Origin: an uncultured Pseudomonadota bacterium
GTDB taxonomy: Bacteria; Myxococcota_A; Bradymonadia; Bradymonadales; GCA-2716585
DNA length: 64,000 nucleotides
Assembly (NCBI GenBank): GCA_937123825.1
Contig: CAKZKQ010000781.1
Coordinates: 18,434-82,433 of the forward strand
Direction of reading: 5' to 3'
Of this stretch, positions 1-9,628 are shown piece after piece. Within the stretch, counting starts at the first letter, position 1; the number at the start of each line of letters is the position of its first letter. The notes beneath the pieces were generated by a model. The model worked only from the letters and a program-made list of their open reading frames with translations. It made no database searches and was not told where the DNA came from. A program made the position numbers and the translations under genes.

Positions 1-2
1 AG

Positions 3-3000
3 CTTTCGCCACTGGATCGGGGTGGCGTTGGGGAGGTGTTGGTACAGAAGGTGCCCGATGCGGCGGATTTCGACGCCTTTGTCGAAGCGCTCTACGCCAA
101 AACCCAGGGGGAGCCGCTGACCTTGCGGCTTTATTGCGACGATTTACACGCGTCGGCCACCGCATCGCAGCTTGCTGACTCACCTCCGGGGCTTCACGGC
201 TACTTCCAGACATGGTGGGAGATGCAAAGATCGCTGTGGAAGCAGAGCAGCAACGACGTCGCGCGCCTTGAAGAGGCCTGCAAGGAAGTGATGGGGGTGT
301 TGTCGGTGGCGTTGGGGCCGCTCTCACCCAAAGACATCCAGTCCATACTGCCACAAAGCAATGTCCAGGAGGCTTTGAATGGGGTGGACCGCTTTGTTGT
401 CCGCACTTCTGATGACGAGCGATGCATGTTGGCCCACCCCAAGCTGGCCATTTACATCCAGGAGATGGGTTGGAGACGACTCGACGCGCTGATGCAGTGG
501 GCCAATGGGCAACTGGAGGCGCTGACGAATGGCCGTTTGGCACCAAACGCCCTTTCAGAGTACGTCTTGAGGCATCTTGGGGAGCATTTGGAGGAACAAG
601 GCGACGTCAAAGGCCTGCGCGCGCTCCTGACACAGCCCTGGAAAGAGGCCTGGGAGCATCGAGACGGCAGCCTGGAAGGCTTTTTGGCGGACGCCGAGCG
701 CGCCTGGCGTATGTTTGAAGGGCTGGAGGCGCCAGATGGCGAACAAATGGTTCGACTGGGCGCCAGATCCGCGCTGATCCGCGCCTCTTGCGCCAGCAGG
801 ACGCGACAACTGCCCCCTGAGCTGCCCGCACTCCTTGTAGAAGACGATCTGTGGAGTGACGAGGTGGCGCTCTTCAACACACGGCACCCCTCCAGGGGCT
901 ACCAGGCCGAGACGTTGTCCCAGATGACGCCCCACCTCAGGGGTGACACCATCGCGGAACTCTTTGAGGACCTCACAGGGCTCAAAGTCTGGGGGGAAAC
1001 CCCGGGGCAGGCGTTGGCTCAGATCATCCACAGGGCCCATGCGCTGGAGTTGGTCGATCTACAAGGCTGTATGGACACTCTGGCCAGCATTGAGCCTGCA
1101 AAGATACGCGCTCAGGCCGCGGCCACCCTCTGCACCAAGGCCAGCTTCAAGGCCGCTGGCGCCCAGCTCTCAGAACGTCTCCTGGCGGACCACAAAGGGG
1201 TGGATCGAGGGATCCACGCGGCGGCCATGCTCATCAAAGCGCTCAGGGTCGCCCCAGCCGCGCTCAGGCCCCGGCTTATGAGGACCATCGATCATCGCAT
1301 ATGGGATGACGACGAGGGCCACGACAAACGCACGCTGGGGTGGATGGCCAAGGGCGGTGAGGTGGATGCGGCGCTGGATTTGGCGCTCAAGCAGTACTCG
1401 GCCTTTCCAAAGATCAACGCGCTGGCCGCAGTCATCCCCCACCTCCCCTCTGGCGCTGCAAAAGACGACGCCTATGGCGTGTGGTGGAGCACGCTTGAAA
1501 AGGAGGCCACCCACCACCGCTTTGACCAGTTTGGCGTCCCCCTCCCGTTGGAAGCGCCGTGGCAAGACCGCTACCTATCCCTGATGCAGACCGTCGCCAG
1601 CCCGGCCGTCAAGGCCATCTGCCTTGCTCGCCTCGCCCGGCACCACCCACAACGGGTCGAGGAGGCCTGTCTGGCCGTCGAAGGCGTTCAAGGCGGGTTG
1701 TTCAGGGCGTTTGCGGCAGACTACATGCTCCCAGTCATAGAAGCGGAGCGCCGCGAGACGTGGTTGACCCAGGGCGTGACCACGCTCTTTGACGATTTGG
1801 AAGGAAGTCGTGGTGACAAAGTCCGCAAAGCATGGCAGGCGTGGCCCGATGTGCGGACAGAACCATTGGAGAGTTGGTGGTTCAAACCCTACGTCTCCAT
1901 AGAAACGCACATTTGCAGGCTCCTGCGGGGTCAATCCTCAGCAATGCGGCGCCAACACCTGCTTGTTCTGCTGGGCCGCGCCCATAAAATCGACGACGGG
2001 CACAATCAAGCAGGCATGGTGGGCCGCTTGATGGAGGACATCGCCCCAAAAGAGCGGCCCAAACTGCTCAAAGAGGCCCTCGAACGCACCAAAGGACACC
2101 CCAAAGGGGCCTTCACCATGCAATGGCTCCTGCCATACACCCCCAACGGGGCCCAAGAGCGCCTGTCCATGGCATGCATCGACGCGCTTCCGGACAAAAT
2201 CGAGGGGAAAGACACCGCGCTGGCCTTCATGGTGCCCTTTGTCCCGGGCAAAGCGCGGCAAAACATTCAAAAACGGGCGCTCGACGCCTGGTACGCGCGC
2301 ACCGTCAACACGATTCCACCGCCGGTGGCGACCCTATTGCGCCGCCACGCAACGCCATCCGAGCTTGAAGCCATGCTTGAGAGCCTCAAAGGCCCTCTAA
2401 AGGCGCGCAACAAGCGCCAGAACCCGCGGCATCAGGGGGATATGGTGCTGATGGCGCTGGAATTGGCCCGCGAGGGCACAAAGGAACACATCAAACCGTG
2501 GCTGAAGCCGGGTATGAAGTGCGCCACGGAGCGCAAGCTGCTCTTTACCCCCATCATCTCCTCGCCCATCGTCTCCCAAATGGCCCCCGAACTCGAAGAT
2601 GGGCAGTTGGAGGCGCTCGTCGAGCACTACTTCCCCCAACATTCACCCCAGATGGAGCGTTTCCTAGGCAGCAAGGGGCTGCCCTTGAGGGCGCAAGCGG
2701 CCATTCTCAAGGCCATCGCAAACCGCGGCGCCCCAGAACGTGCTTATGCTTTGGCTCGTACGGTCCCACGAGACCACAACAAGACCGCTTTGATGGCTCC
2801 AATCGCCGGTTTCTTGCAGGGAGCCCCCCTTGAAGAGGCCACGCGGTACGCATTGGGGACATTGGGGCGTCACGCCGTGGGTCCAGGGGGCAATGTGTCG
2901 CTCTTGAACACGGTCATCCAAGGATTTCTCCCCTCACAACCCGCGCTCTGGGACACATTCCACGAGTTGGCCCACCGAGAACGCCCCCAGGGGGCCTCTT

Positions 3001-3350
3001 TGGAGACGCTCGTGCTGCTCTACGACCACGGCGCGGCGGCCCAGCGCCTTCAAATCAAAGATGCCATGGTCAAAGCCTACGCGCAGTACCAGTTGAGCGG
3101 CTTTGGAGACACAAAACGGTTTGACGCGGTGGCGCAGCTGCTGACCCAGGCCCAGATCGAAGCCCTCTTGCTCCAGGAACTGGCTCAGGGCGCCAAAACA
3201 CACCGCAGCCGGCTCTTGATGGATCCACATGCCTGGAGCGGCGCCCACAAGACCACCTCCAAGGGCACGCTGGCATACTGTGCCCAGCGCCTGGGGCTAA
3301 GCCGTGCGCTGGCCGAGGAAATCCTGGACGTCTGCCGCTGGCTCCCCTGA
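3..3350 (+). CDS. C-terminal part of a STAND-type NTPase (winged-helix end plus long helical-repeat HEAT/ARM-like sensor); 5' end is off-window
   Basis: The frame is open from nt 3, with no stop before the GTG at 36. The first ~190 aa resemble the GxP/winged-helix end of STAND NTPases (TQGEPLTLRLY, VMGVLSVALGPLSPKDIQSIL). The remaining ~900 aa are Leu/Ala-rich helical repeats. No NTPase motifs lie inside the window. Confidence 0.5.
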   Translation, partial: LSPLDRGGVGEVLVQKVPDAADFDAFVEALYAKTQGEPLTLRLYCDDLHASATASQLADSPPGLHGYFQTWWEMQRSLWKQSSNDVARLEEACKEVMGVLSVALGPLSPKDIQSILPQSNVQEALNGVDRFVVRTSDDERCMLAHPKLAIYIQEMGWRRLDALMQWANGQLEALTNGRLAPNALSEYVLRHLGEHLEEQGDVKGLRALLTQPWKEAWEHRDGSLEGFLADAERAWRMFEGLEAPDGEQMVRLGARSALIRASCASRTRQLPPELPALLVEDDLWSDEVALFNTRHPSRGYQAETLSQMTPHLRGDTIAELFEDLTGLKVWGETPGQALAQIIHRAHALELVDLQGCMDTLASIEPAKIRAQAAATLCTKASFKAAGAQLSERLLADHKGVDRGIHAAAMLIKALRVAPAALRPRLMRTIDHRIWDDDEGHDKRTLGWMAKGGEVDAALDLALKQYSAFPKINALAAVIPHLPSGAAKDDAYGVWWSTLEKEATHHRFDQFGVPLPLEAPWQDRYLSLMQTVASPAVKAICLARLARHHPQRVEEACLAVEGVQGGLFRAFAADYMLPVIEAERRETWLTQGVTTLFDDLEGSRGDKVRKAWQAWPDVRTEPLESWWFKPYVSIETHICRLLRGQSSAMRRQHLLVLLGRAHKIDDGHNQAGMVGRLMEDIAPKERPKLLKEALERTKGHPKGAFTMQWLLPYTPNGAQERLSMACIDALPDKIEGKDTALAFMVPFVPGKARQNIQKRALDAWYARTVNTIPPPVATLLRRHATPSELEAMLESLKGPLKARNKRQNPRHQGDMVLMALELAREGTKEHIKPWLKPGMKCATERKLLFTPIISSPIVSQMAPELEDGQLEALVEHYFPQHSPQMERFLGSKGLPLRAQAAILKAIANRGAPERAYALARTVPRDHNKTALMAPIAGFLQGAPLEEATRYALGTLGRHAVGPGGNVSLLNTVIQGFLPSQPALWDTFHELAHRERPQGASLETLVLLYDHGAAAQRLQIKDAMVKAYAQYQLSGFGDTKRFDAVAQLLTQAQIEALLLQELAQGAKTHRSRLLMDPHAWSGAHKTTSKGTLAYCAQRLGLSRALAEEILDVCRWLP

Positions 3351-3420
3351 ACGCTCAAGGGGTCACGCTGACGATGGGCGTCTTGGCTCAGAAAGCACGA
3401 GGGTCTTGAATGCGCTCATA

Positions 3421-3456
3421 CCAAAGTGCAAACTAGGTCGGACGTCTGCACTTTGG
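3421..3456. terminator. Hairpin between convergent genes (possible bidirectional terminator)
   Basis: Perfect 10-bp inverted repeat ccaaagtgca (3421-3430) / tgcactttgg (3447-3456) with a 16-nt loop. It sits between the stop at 3350 and the minus-strand stop at 3459. There is no clean U-tract. Confidence 0.35.
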
Positions 3457-3458
3457 CA

Positions 3459-4214
3459 TCAGTCGCGCCAGAGGGCGATGCCGCCCAGGATGCCGGCGGA
3501 GTTGTCGATGACGCTGATGTCGTCGGGAAGCTCCAACGTGAGCTTCTTGGCGTTGCCGCCGCCAATGTAGAGGTGATCAAAGAGGGTCAAGGTGCGCAGG
3601 TTGGCGATGGCCTTCTCAACGCGCTTGTTCCACTTCTTGTTGCCCACCGCCTTGCGGGCCGCGTTGCCCAGGTGCTGATCGTAGGTCTCGCCTTTGCGAA
3701 ACGGAATGTGGGCGATCTCCAGGTGAGGTCCAAGCCGACCGTTCTCGTAGAGCGCCGTCCCAAAGCCCGTGCCCAACGTGATGACCATCTCCACGCCATT
3801 GCCGTTGACGGCCGCCAGCCCCTGCATGTCTGCGTCGTTGAGCATCCGCACGGGCGCGCCCAACGCGTCGGAGAGCGCCTTGGCCAACTCAAACCCAGAC
3901 CACGCCTCGGTGCTGAGGTTGGGGGCCGTCAGCACCTTCCCCCCGCGCACCACACCAGGGAAGCCCACCGAGATCCGCGAAAAGTCGGGCAACGGCGATG
4001 TGTCCTCCAGTCCTGGAGCAGTCCCTTTGGCCAGACCAATGAGCAAAGGCACGACCGCCTCTGGGACGGCTGGCTGCGGCGTGGGGACGCGACGGCGAGG
4101 AACCACCATATTGCCTGCCTCATCAAGGACCGAGGCCTTCAGGCCAGAGCCTCCGATATCGATCGCCAGCGTATTTTTGTTCCCAGGGGCCTGATCAGCT
4201 TGTGGACTGCCCAT
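3459..4214 (-). CDS. ppgK: ROK-family sugar kinase, polyphosphate/ATP glucokinase-like
   Basis: 251 aa with ROK/ASKHA motifs LAIDIGGSGLK, VGFPGVVRGG, MLNDADMQG, ITLGTGFGTAL and YIGGGNAKK. AGGAGG lies about 5 nt upstream of the ATG at 4214. Confidence 0.75.
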   Translation of the reverse strand: MGSPQADQAPGNKNTLAIDIGGSGLKASVLDEAGNMVVPRRRVPTPQPAVPEAVVPLLIGLAKGTAPGLEDTSPLPDFSRISVGFPGVVRGGKVLTAPNLSTEAWSGFELAKALSDALGAPVRMLNDADMQGLAAVNGNGVEMVITLGTGFGTALYENGRLGPHLEIAHIPFRKGETYDQHLGNAARKAVGNKKWNKRVEKAIANLRTLTLFDHLYIGGGNAKKLTLELPDDISVIDNSAGILGGIALWRD

Positions 4215-4512
4215 GATTCCTCCTCTTTGAGTGCGATGTGAATGCTCGAATGAAGCATCCTATCCCACAGGGACCTTTTAAGCGACCTCTAGACCAAGTC
4301 CCGCTCAAAACGAGCCAGCCAGGACGGCTCTCGCAGCCCATTTCTTCGTCGTCGATGCTCGATGAACCCCCGGTTCATCTGTGCTCTCCTCCTCGAACTG
4401 GACTGCGATTTCTCGCCCTTGCAAGGCTCGTTTTAAACGGCACTCGGTCTGGGGATCGACGCGGGGATCGACATATCATAAATTGCCAAAACCAGTGGTC
4501 CGGAGACACGCG

Positions 4513-6228
4513 ATGGGATGGTGGGACCGCCTTCTGGGGCGTTCAACGCAAAAACCAAGGCAGACAAAGGCACCGAGAGGCCGCCATGGGGTGGTGTACA
4601 ACCCCCCAACCCCCATCCACATCCAGGGCAGCGACAATCTGGTGCTCTCCAAGCTCCGCGATGCCCTCCACAGCCCCCCGGGGGGACACTCCTGGGCCCT
4701 GATCTGCACCTGGCTCGAAGAGGCCCACACGCTCGAATGCCTCGACATGGCCCTCGACTACGTTCGGGAGCCGCTGACCCGATGGGATGCTCGCCTTTGC
4801 ACCCTCCCACCACGGTGGTTTGGACGCCTGCGCGCAGGAAAAATGCCCCCAGAACTGCTCAAGGTGGTGCGCTGCGTGGACTTGAGCCACACAGACGTCG
4901 GCGCTGGCGGCATCTCCCACCTCCTCAAGCACCCCATGATGGCTGGGGTCGAGCACTTGAACCTGCGCAACAACAACATTCATTCCACCATCGCCCACCA
5001 CATCGCCGAAGGGCCGCCCTGGCAACACCTCAAGACCCTCGATATGGCCTGCAACCGCGTCGATGCACCCATGGCCATGGAGCTTTTTGACATTCTGGAG
5101 CTGCGCGGCGTCTTTAAAACCCTGGAAAAACTCGATCTAAGCTCCAACAACATCGCCCCACCCCACACCGATCGCCTCCAAAAGCACCTGGGCATGGTCG
5201 CGCCATCGCTGGAAGTCCTCCTTGATGGCAATGGAGACCCCAGACAACGGCCCGACGGAGCCCTCCACCGCATCCCCAGCCGCGCGCTGGGCCAGGAATT
5301 TGTGCGGATCACCGCAGAACACCATCAAAATGGCCGCCACAGCATGTCCACAGGCATGGCGATACGCTATCTGACACACGCAGCGCTGCCCGAAGAACGG
5401 CTTTATGAAGTCCAGACCATGCTCGAGGTGCTGCACGAAGGCCTGGAACCCCAAAATGACTCCAAAGTGCTCGCCGTGGCCCGCATGGCAGCACGCGTCT
5501 TTGACGACATGAGCCGCGAAACCACGCCTCAGCCCCCCAAAGAGCGCCAACCCTCGCCACAAACCCTCCTGGATGAGCTTCAGTGGATCGCCGATCACCT
5601 GGGTCATAGGCGTCGGCCCAGGTGGACGGCCTATCTGGCCTTGATGGATCACCTCATGGCGCCCGATGAGGCGTTTCAGAGAGAGAGTTTTGGGGTCTTT
5701 ACCATCGCGGCGCTGGCCGCGCTGCCGCCCCAACGGCGAAACGACTACCTGAGCGTGCTCCTTGAACACCACCAGAGCCCCTTCATACGCGCGCAAGCCG
5801 CGCGTGCGCTCGCATTGGACCGACCAGAGGCGGTTGAAACGCTCCGTGGACTGCTCAATGAACCTGACGCGGGGGTTCACGATGCCCTCTTCTTTGCCAT
5901 ACCGCGACAACCTGCGCTGAAATACCCCGACACCCCCACCTTATTGGCGCTTCTGCGTGAAGACGCCCTGCCCTGGCACCGCACCCAGTTGCTCGAAGAC
6001 GCCATGTGGCGCGCTCAGAGCCCCGAAGAGATCTGGTCCTGGCTTGCACAACACGCCCAGGAGCTTGCCCCGTCGCTTCTGCGCCACTGGATCGTTCAGT
6101 GGCTCAAGAACCACACCCCCCAAACCCTGCAAAATTATGAAGCGCGCCTGGATGAGCTGCCCGCACACCTGCGCCAGGCACTCAAGACCGCGTTGGACGA
6201 TGAGTGGCGTCGCATGCCTCCCCCCTGA
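4513..6228 (+). CDS. Ribonuclease-inhibitor-type LRR protein with C-terminal HEAT-like repeats
   Basis: LRR units include VDLSHTDVGAGGISHLL, LNLRNNNIHSTIAHHI, LKTLDMACNRVDAPMAMEL and LEKLDLSSNNIAPP. The C-terminal half is helical-repeat (SPFIRAQAARALAL..., EPDAGVHDALFFAI). Start is moved to the ATG at 4513 (MGWWDRLLG); the upstream part of the track ORF is Arg/Ser-rich junk. Confidence 0.6.
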   Translation: MGWWDRLLGRSTQKPRQTKAPRGRHGVVYNPPTPIHIQGSDNLVLSKLRDALHSPPGGHSWALICTWLEEAHTLECLDMALDYVREPLTRWDARLCTLPPRWFGRLRAGKMPPELLKVVRCVDLSHTDVGAGGISHLLKHPMMAGVEHLNLRNNNIHSTIAHHIAEGPPWQHLKTLDMACNRVDAPMAMELFDILELRGVFKTLEKLDLSSNNIAPPHTDRLQKHLGMVAPSLEVLLDGNGDPRQRPDGALHRIPSRALGQEFVRITAEHHQNGRHSMSTGMAIRYLTHAALPEERLYEVQTMLEVLHEGLEPQNDSKVLAVARMAARVFDDMSRETTPQPPKERQPSPQTLLDELQWIADHLGHRRRPRWTAYLALMDHLMAPDEAFQRESFGVFTIAALAALPPQRRNDYLSVLLEHHQSPFIRAQAARALALDRPEAVETLRGLLNEPDAGVHDALFFAIPRQPALKYPDTPTLLALLREDALPWHRTQLLEDAMWRAQSPEEIWSWLAQHAQELAPSLLRHWIVQWLKNHTPQTLQNYEARLDELPAHLRQALKTALDDEWRRMPPP

Positions 6229-6441
6229 GCACATCCCACCCCAAAGAAGCTGCAAAACATCCAAGCTGCATCCGCTCCAACGGGCCTGAAAAATGCCTGG
6301 GGCGAGCGCGCCACATCGAGGCATCGGCACAACAACTCAGGTGTGACAAAAGCTCACACTTGGGCCCTTTGGGGGCCGTGGGCGCCGTTGGTCCACCTTT
6401 TGCGGTGGTGGGGTGCCAAGGTTTGGCAAAAGGAGCAGGCC

Positions 6442-7902
6442 ATGCAAAAGACGATGATTGCGCTGGCTTTGGTGAGTGGGGCGCTGGCTGGTTGCCAAGC
6501 GGCCCCCACAGACGCACAAGACACCGAGAGGCAATCGGGGGCCGTCATCAACGGCACCCGTGAGCCCACCAACGTTCCCCTGACCCCAGGACAGCAGCTT
6601 GGCGTGGTGTACATCACCTCGCCGGGCAACCCGGGCTCTTCATGGTGCTCGGGGACGCTGATCGCCCCTCGTCTGGTGTCCACGGCCAAGCACTGCGTGG
6701 GCAGAAACCGGATGGCGGTTGGCTTTGGGCGAGATCCTTCTCGCTCGGATCCGGTGATCGCTGCCTCGCAGGTGCACAACCACCCACAGCGAGATGTGAC
6801 CATCCTGGTCCTGGAGCAAGACGCCACCGTGGTGGTGCCGGAGGTGGAGATCATCCCCATGAACCGCCGCATCTTGTCTCAGACCGACATGGGCGCACCG
6901 GTCGAGGTGGGGGGCTATGGGCAGACCAGAGACAACAGCCGCCGGGGGCGGTGGTTTGGTGGTTTGAGCATCGCCAACATGACCCAGGGCAACTTGACCG
7001 TCTACGCCAACCGAGAGCGCAACTTTTGCTTTGGGGACTCAGGCGGACCGGTATTTATGAACGATCCGCGCGGGGGCGCGGTCACGGCGGCGGTCATCTC
7101 GGCCATTCAAGACGATGGGACCTGCCTGGGTTATGGCTACGTTGAGCGTCTGGACTACCTGATGGACTGGGTGGACGGCATCGCCGCGCAGGCCACGCCC
7201 GATGGGGGCTGCGCCGGGATTCCGTATGAGGGGCGCTGCCAGGGCGACGTGGCCCAGTGGTGCGAAGGCACGACGGTCATCGAGCAGGACTGTGGCGCCA
7301 GCGGCGTGCAATGCAGCTTCATCAATGAACAAGAGGGTTACGGCTGCGGCTGCGAAGGGCTGGACCCCGCAGGCCAATGCACCAACGAGGTGGCCCAGCG
7401 ATGCCAGGACGGCCGCCTCTTTGAAGAAGACTGCCAGGTGCAGGGGCTCTTTTGCGACGCCGGACAGTGCACCGATGCCCCACCGTGCGAAGAGGGGTCT
7501 TCGTGGTGTGAAGAGTCCAGCGCGGTCACTTGTGTGGGCGGGGAGCTGGTGCGGGAAGACTGTGCCCCCATGGGGGCCATCTGCCGAGGCGGAGCGTGCG
7601 TCTCGTTGGAATCTGACGACCCGGCGGACCCACCCGGACAAGGCGCCCCTGCACCCCCGGGCGAACAAGACGATGAAGGCTCGGGCTGGGTGGATGAGAG
7701 CGATGGCGGTGACGCGCTGGGCTGGGCCGATGAAGGGCAGCCCGAGGGTGAGGTGGGTTGGGCACCCGATGAACCTCAGGAGCAGTCGGAGCCGCTCCAG
7801 GACAACCTGACGTGTCAGACGACGTCCAGAAGCACGACCCCAGGGATGTGGTGGACGATGTTGGCGCTGATCAGCCTGGGGCTGGTGCGGCGCAGGAGGT
7901 AA
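6442..7902 (+). CDS. Secreted trypsin-like (S1) serine protease with Cys-rich C-terminal repeats and a C-terminal Cys/helix/RRRR sorting tag
   Basis: AGGAG at 6431-6435 precedes the ATG at 6442. Signal peptide with lipobox (ALVSGALAGC). S1 motifs TAKHC (His) and GDSGGP (Ser). Three to four repeats of C-x-G...C...DC...G..C. The tail is LTCQTTSRSTTPGMWWTMLALISLGLVRRRR. Confidence 0.85.
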   Translation: MQKTMIALALVSGALAGCQAAPTDAQDTERQSGAVINGTREPTNVPLTPGQQLGVVYITSPGNPGSSWCSGTLIAPRLVSTAKHCVGRNRMAVGFGRDPSRSDPVIAASQVHNHPQRDVTILVLEQDATVVVPEVEIIPMNRRILSQTDMGAPVEVGGYGQTRDNSRRGRWFGGLSIANMTQGNLTVYANRERNFCFGDSGGPVFMNDPRGGAVTAAVISAIQDDGTCLGYGYVERLDYLMDWVDGIAAQATPDGGCAGIPYEGRCQGDVAQWCEGTTVIEQDCGASGVQCSFINEQEGYGCGCEGLDPAGQCTNEVAQRCQDGRLFEEDCQVQGLFCDAGQCTDAPPCEEGSSWCEESSAVTCVGGELVREDCAPMGAICRGGACVSLESDDPADPPGQGAPAPPGEQDDEGSGWVDESDGGDALGWADEGQPEGEVGWAPDEPQEQSEPLQDNLTCQTTSRSTTPGMWWTMLALISLGLVRRRR

Positions 7903-8155
7903 AGCCCGCCCGTCCGCCAGCGGAAGTCGTGTTCGAGTCCGTGGGCACCCTTTCTTGTCCCCTTTTGAGCGGTTTGGCTCCAAACGTACCGGATCAAGTG
8001 CCCCTCCAAACGCACAAAGCTGGCGTTTGTCCCCCTTTTGACGCCAGGATGTCCCTGGACGACATCGGGGTGCCAAACCCCGCCGTCGATGTGAACTCTA
8101 TGGAAGGCCAATGCGGGGTCCCAGCGGCCTGCGCAGCGCTTTGGAGGCGTTGAAG

Positions 8156-8803
8156 ATGTGGAAGAAGGTGGGTTTGGTGGCGTTTTTGGCGGCCGCGCTG
8201 GTGGGATGCAGCGGTTCGGGTCCGATCGGGCATCGTTTTACCAATCCAGAGAAGCTCTCCAAGCGCTGGGACAACCCTTCAAGGGACGAATGGCAAAAAC
8301 CCAACGAGGTGATCACCGCCATGGACATCCAGGAGGGCATGACGGTGGTCGATCTGGGGGCTGGAACGGGATATTTTGTACCGCATCTGGCGCGCGCGGT
8401 GGGCGCGACCGGAAAAGTGCTGGCTTTGGACGTTGAAGAACCCATGGTCGCGCACCTTTCGGCGCGTTTTGAGGGCGCTGCGCTGACAAACGCGTCGGCA
8501 AAGCTGGTCCCATACGAGGATCCGCAGCTTCAACCCGGCAGCGTGGACAGGATCCTGGTGGTCAACACGTGGCACCACATCCGAAACCGCGGCCAATACG
8601 CGGCAAAACTGGCCGCAGGGCTGAAAAAGGGCGGGGCGGTGGTGATTGTGGACTACGCCAAGGACTACGACGGCCCAGGTCCCCCCATGCACATCCGCTT
8701 GAGCCTGGAGAAAGTGTCCGAAGAGCTGGCCGCAGGCGGCCTGAAAGCCGAAGTTTTGACCGAAACCCTGCCCAAACAGTACATCATCGTCGGTCGCAAG
8801 TGA
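8156..8803 (+). CDS. Class I SAM-dependent methyltransferase with an N-terminal lipoprotein signal
   Basis: The ATG at 8156 gives MWKKVGLVAFLAAALVGCSGSG (lipobox). SAM-binding motif I is VVDLGAGTGYF, followed by acidic LALDVEE. Confidence 0.7.
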   Translation: MWKKVGLVAFLAAALVGCSGSGPIGHRFTNPEKLSKRWDNPSRDEWQKPNEVITAMDIQEGMTVVDLGAGTGYFVPHLARAVGATGKVLALDVEEPMVAHLSARFEGAALTNASAKLVPYEDPQLQPGSVDRILVVNTWHHIRNRGQYAAKLAAGLKKGGAVVIVDYAKDYDGPGPPMHIRLSLEKVSEELAAGGLKAEVLTETLPKQYIIVGRK

Positions 8804-8890
8804 GCCGCGCGCTGCTGGAACCCCCAAAGCGCCCCATGGTGGGTCGAAACGCGCTCTATTGGGTCTTACGCTTGCGCTGACACAGGCCCT

Positions 8891-9628
8891 TCAATCTTCG
8901 GAGAGCAAGAAGCCCGCGACGGCGCCGCCCTCAATCAAGCGCTGAAGCTCATCCAGCACCGGTTTGCGATCAAATTCACCATAAAGCCCCTCCAAAAACG
9001 CCCACCCCGAGGCCAATGGGCTGCCGTCGTGCAGGTGCGCCACCATCTGAGCCAGCATTGGTGTGACCTGGAGGTGCTTGAAGCGCTCATTTGAAGGGTT
9101 TCTCCACGCCACGATGAAGGCCGGGACCGCCAAAGGGGCTGGCCAACCGTCGCTGCGGCGGTCAAGGGTGTGCACCGGGTGCTGGTAGATGGCCAATCGG
9201 GCGCTTGGATCGAGGATCATCGCCGCGCGATCATCAATGTCGCGCCCCAAGACCGGCGATGCAGGCAGGTCTGGGGCGTTGATGACGTCTATTTCGAGCA
9301 CTTCCCAGTGGATCAACTCGGCAAAGGCCGGGTGAGGGACCGAAAGATCGGGGGCTGAGCCCAACCAAGCGGCAAATTCGCCCGCGATCTGCCAGTAAAG
9401 CCTCGACTGGGGCGGAGATTGCTCCAACCACACCCCCAAAATCCGATTGAGGTGCTCGGCAGACGTCAAATGGGTCGCCACAGGGATGGCGCGCCGCACT
9501 GCGCCCAGGATGCTCTTGCGCACCTGGCGCCTGTAGAGGCGCTGCGCACGCTCGTCCATCCCCTCAAAGAGGCGGACATCCTGGTCGAGCAGCATCTTGC
9601 GGACAGATTCCTCAAGGGCGGCGTTCAT
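8891..9628 (-). CDS. DUF2063-family partner protein of an MNIO enzyme (HvfC/BufC-like)
   Basis: 245 aa. The N-terminal pattern (RLYRRQVRKSILGAVRRAIPV...LGVWLEQSPPQSRLYWQIAGEFAAWL) matches the DUF2063 layout. The start overlaps the stop of the upstream DUF692 gene by 4 nt (9625-9628). Confidence 0.7.
   Translation of the reverse strand: MNAALEESVRKMLLDQDVRLFEGMDERAQRLYRRQVRKSILGAVRRAIPVATHLTSAEHLNRILGVWLEQSPPQSRLYWQIAGEFAAWLGSAPDLSVPHPAFAELIHWEVLEIDVINAPDLPASPVLGRDIDDRAAMILDPSARLAIYQHPVHTLDRRSDGWPAPLAVPAFIVAWRNPSNERFKHLQVTPMLAQMVAHLHDGSPLASGWAFLEGLYGEFDRKPVLDELQRLIEGGAVAGFLLSED

Noticed and set aside
4381-4512. An N-terminal extension of the LRR protein, and similar upstream extensions of track ORFs (6343, 8111, 25238, 31644, 45323, 49598, 52439-53617)
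   Set aside because: The extensions lack SD sequences, start at weak codons or run through intergenic sequence. Internal ATGs preceded by AGGAG-type sites give sensible signal peptides or conserved N-termini.
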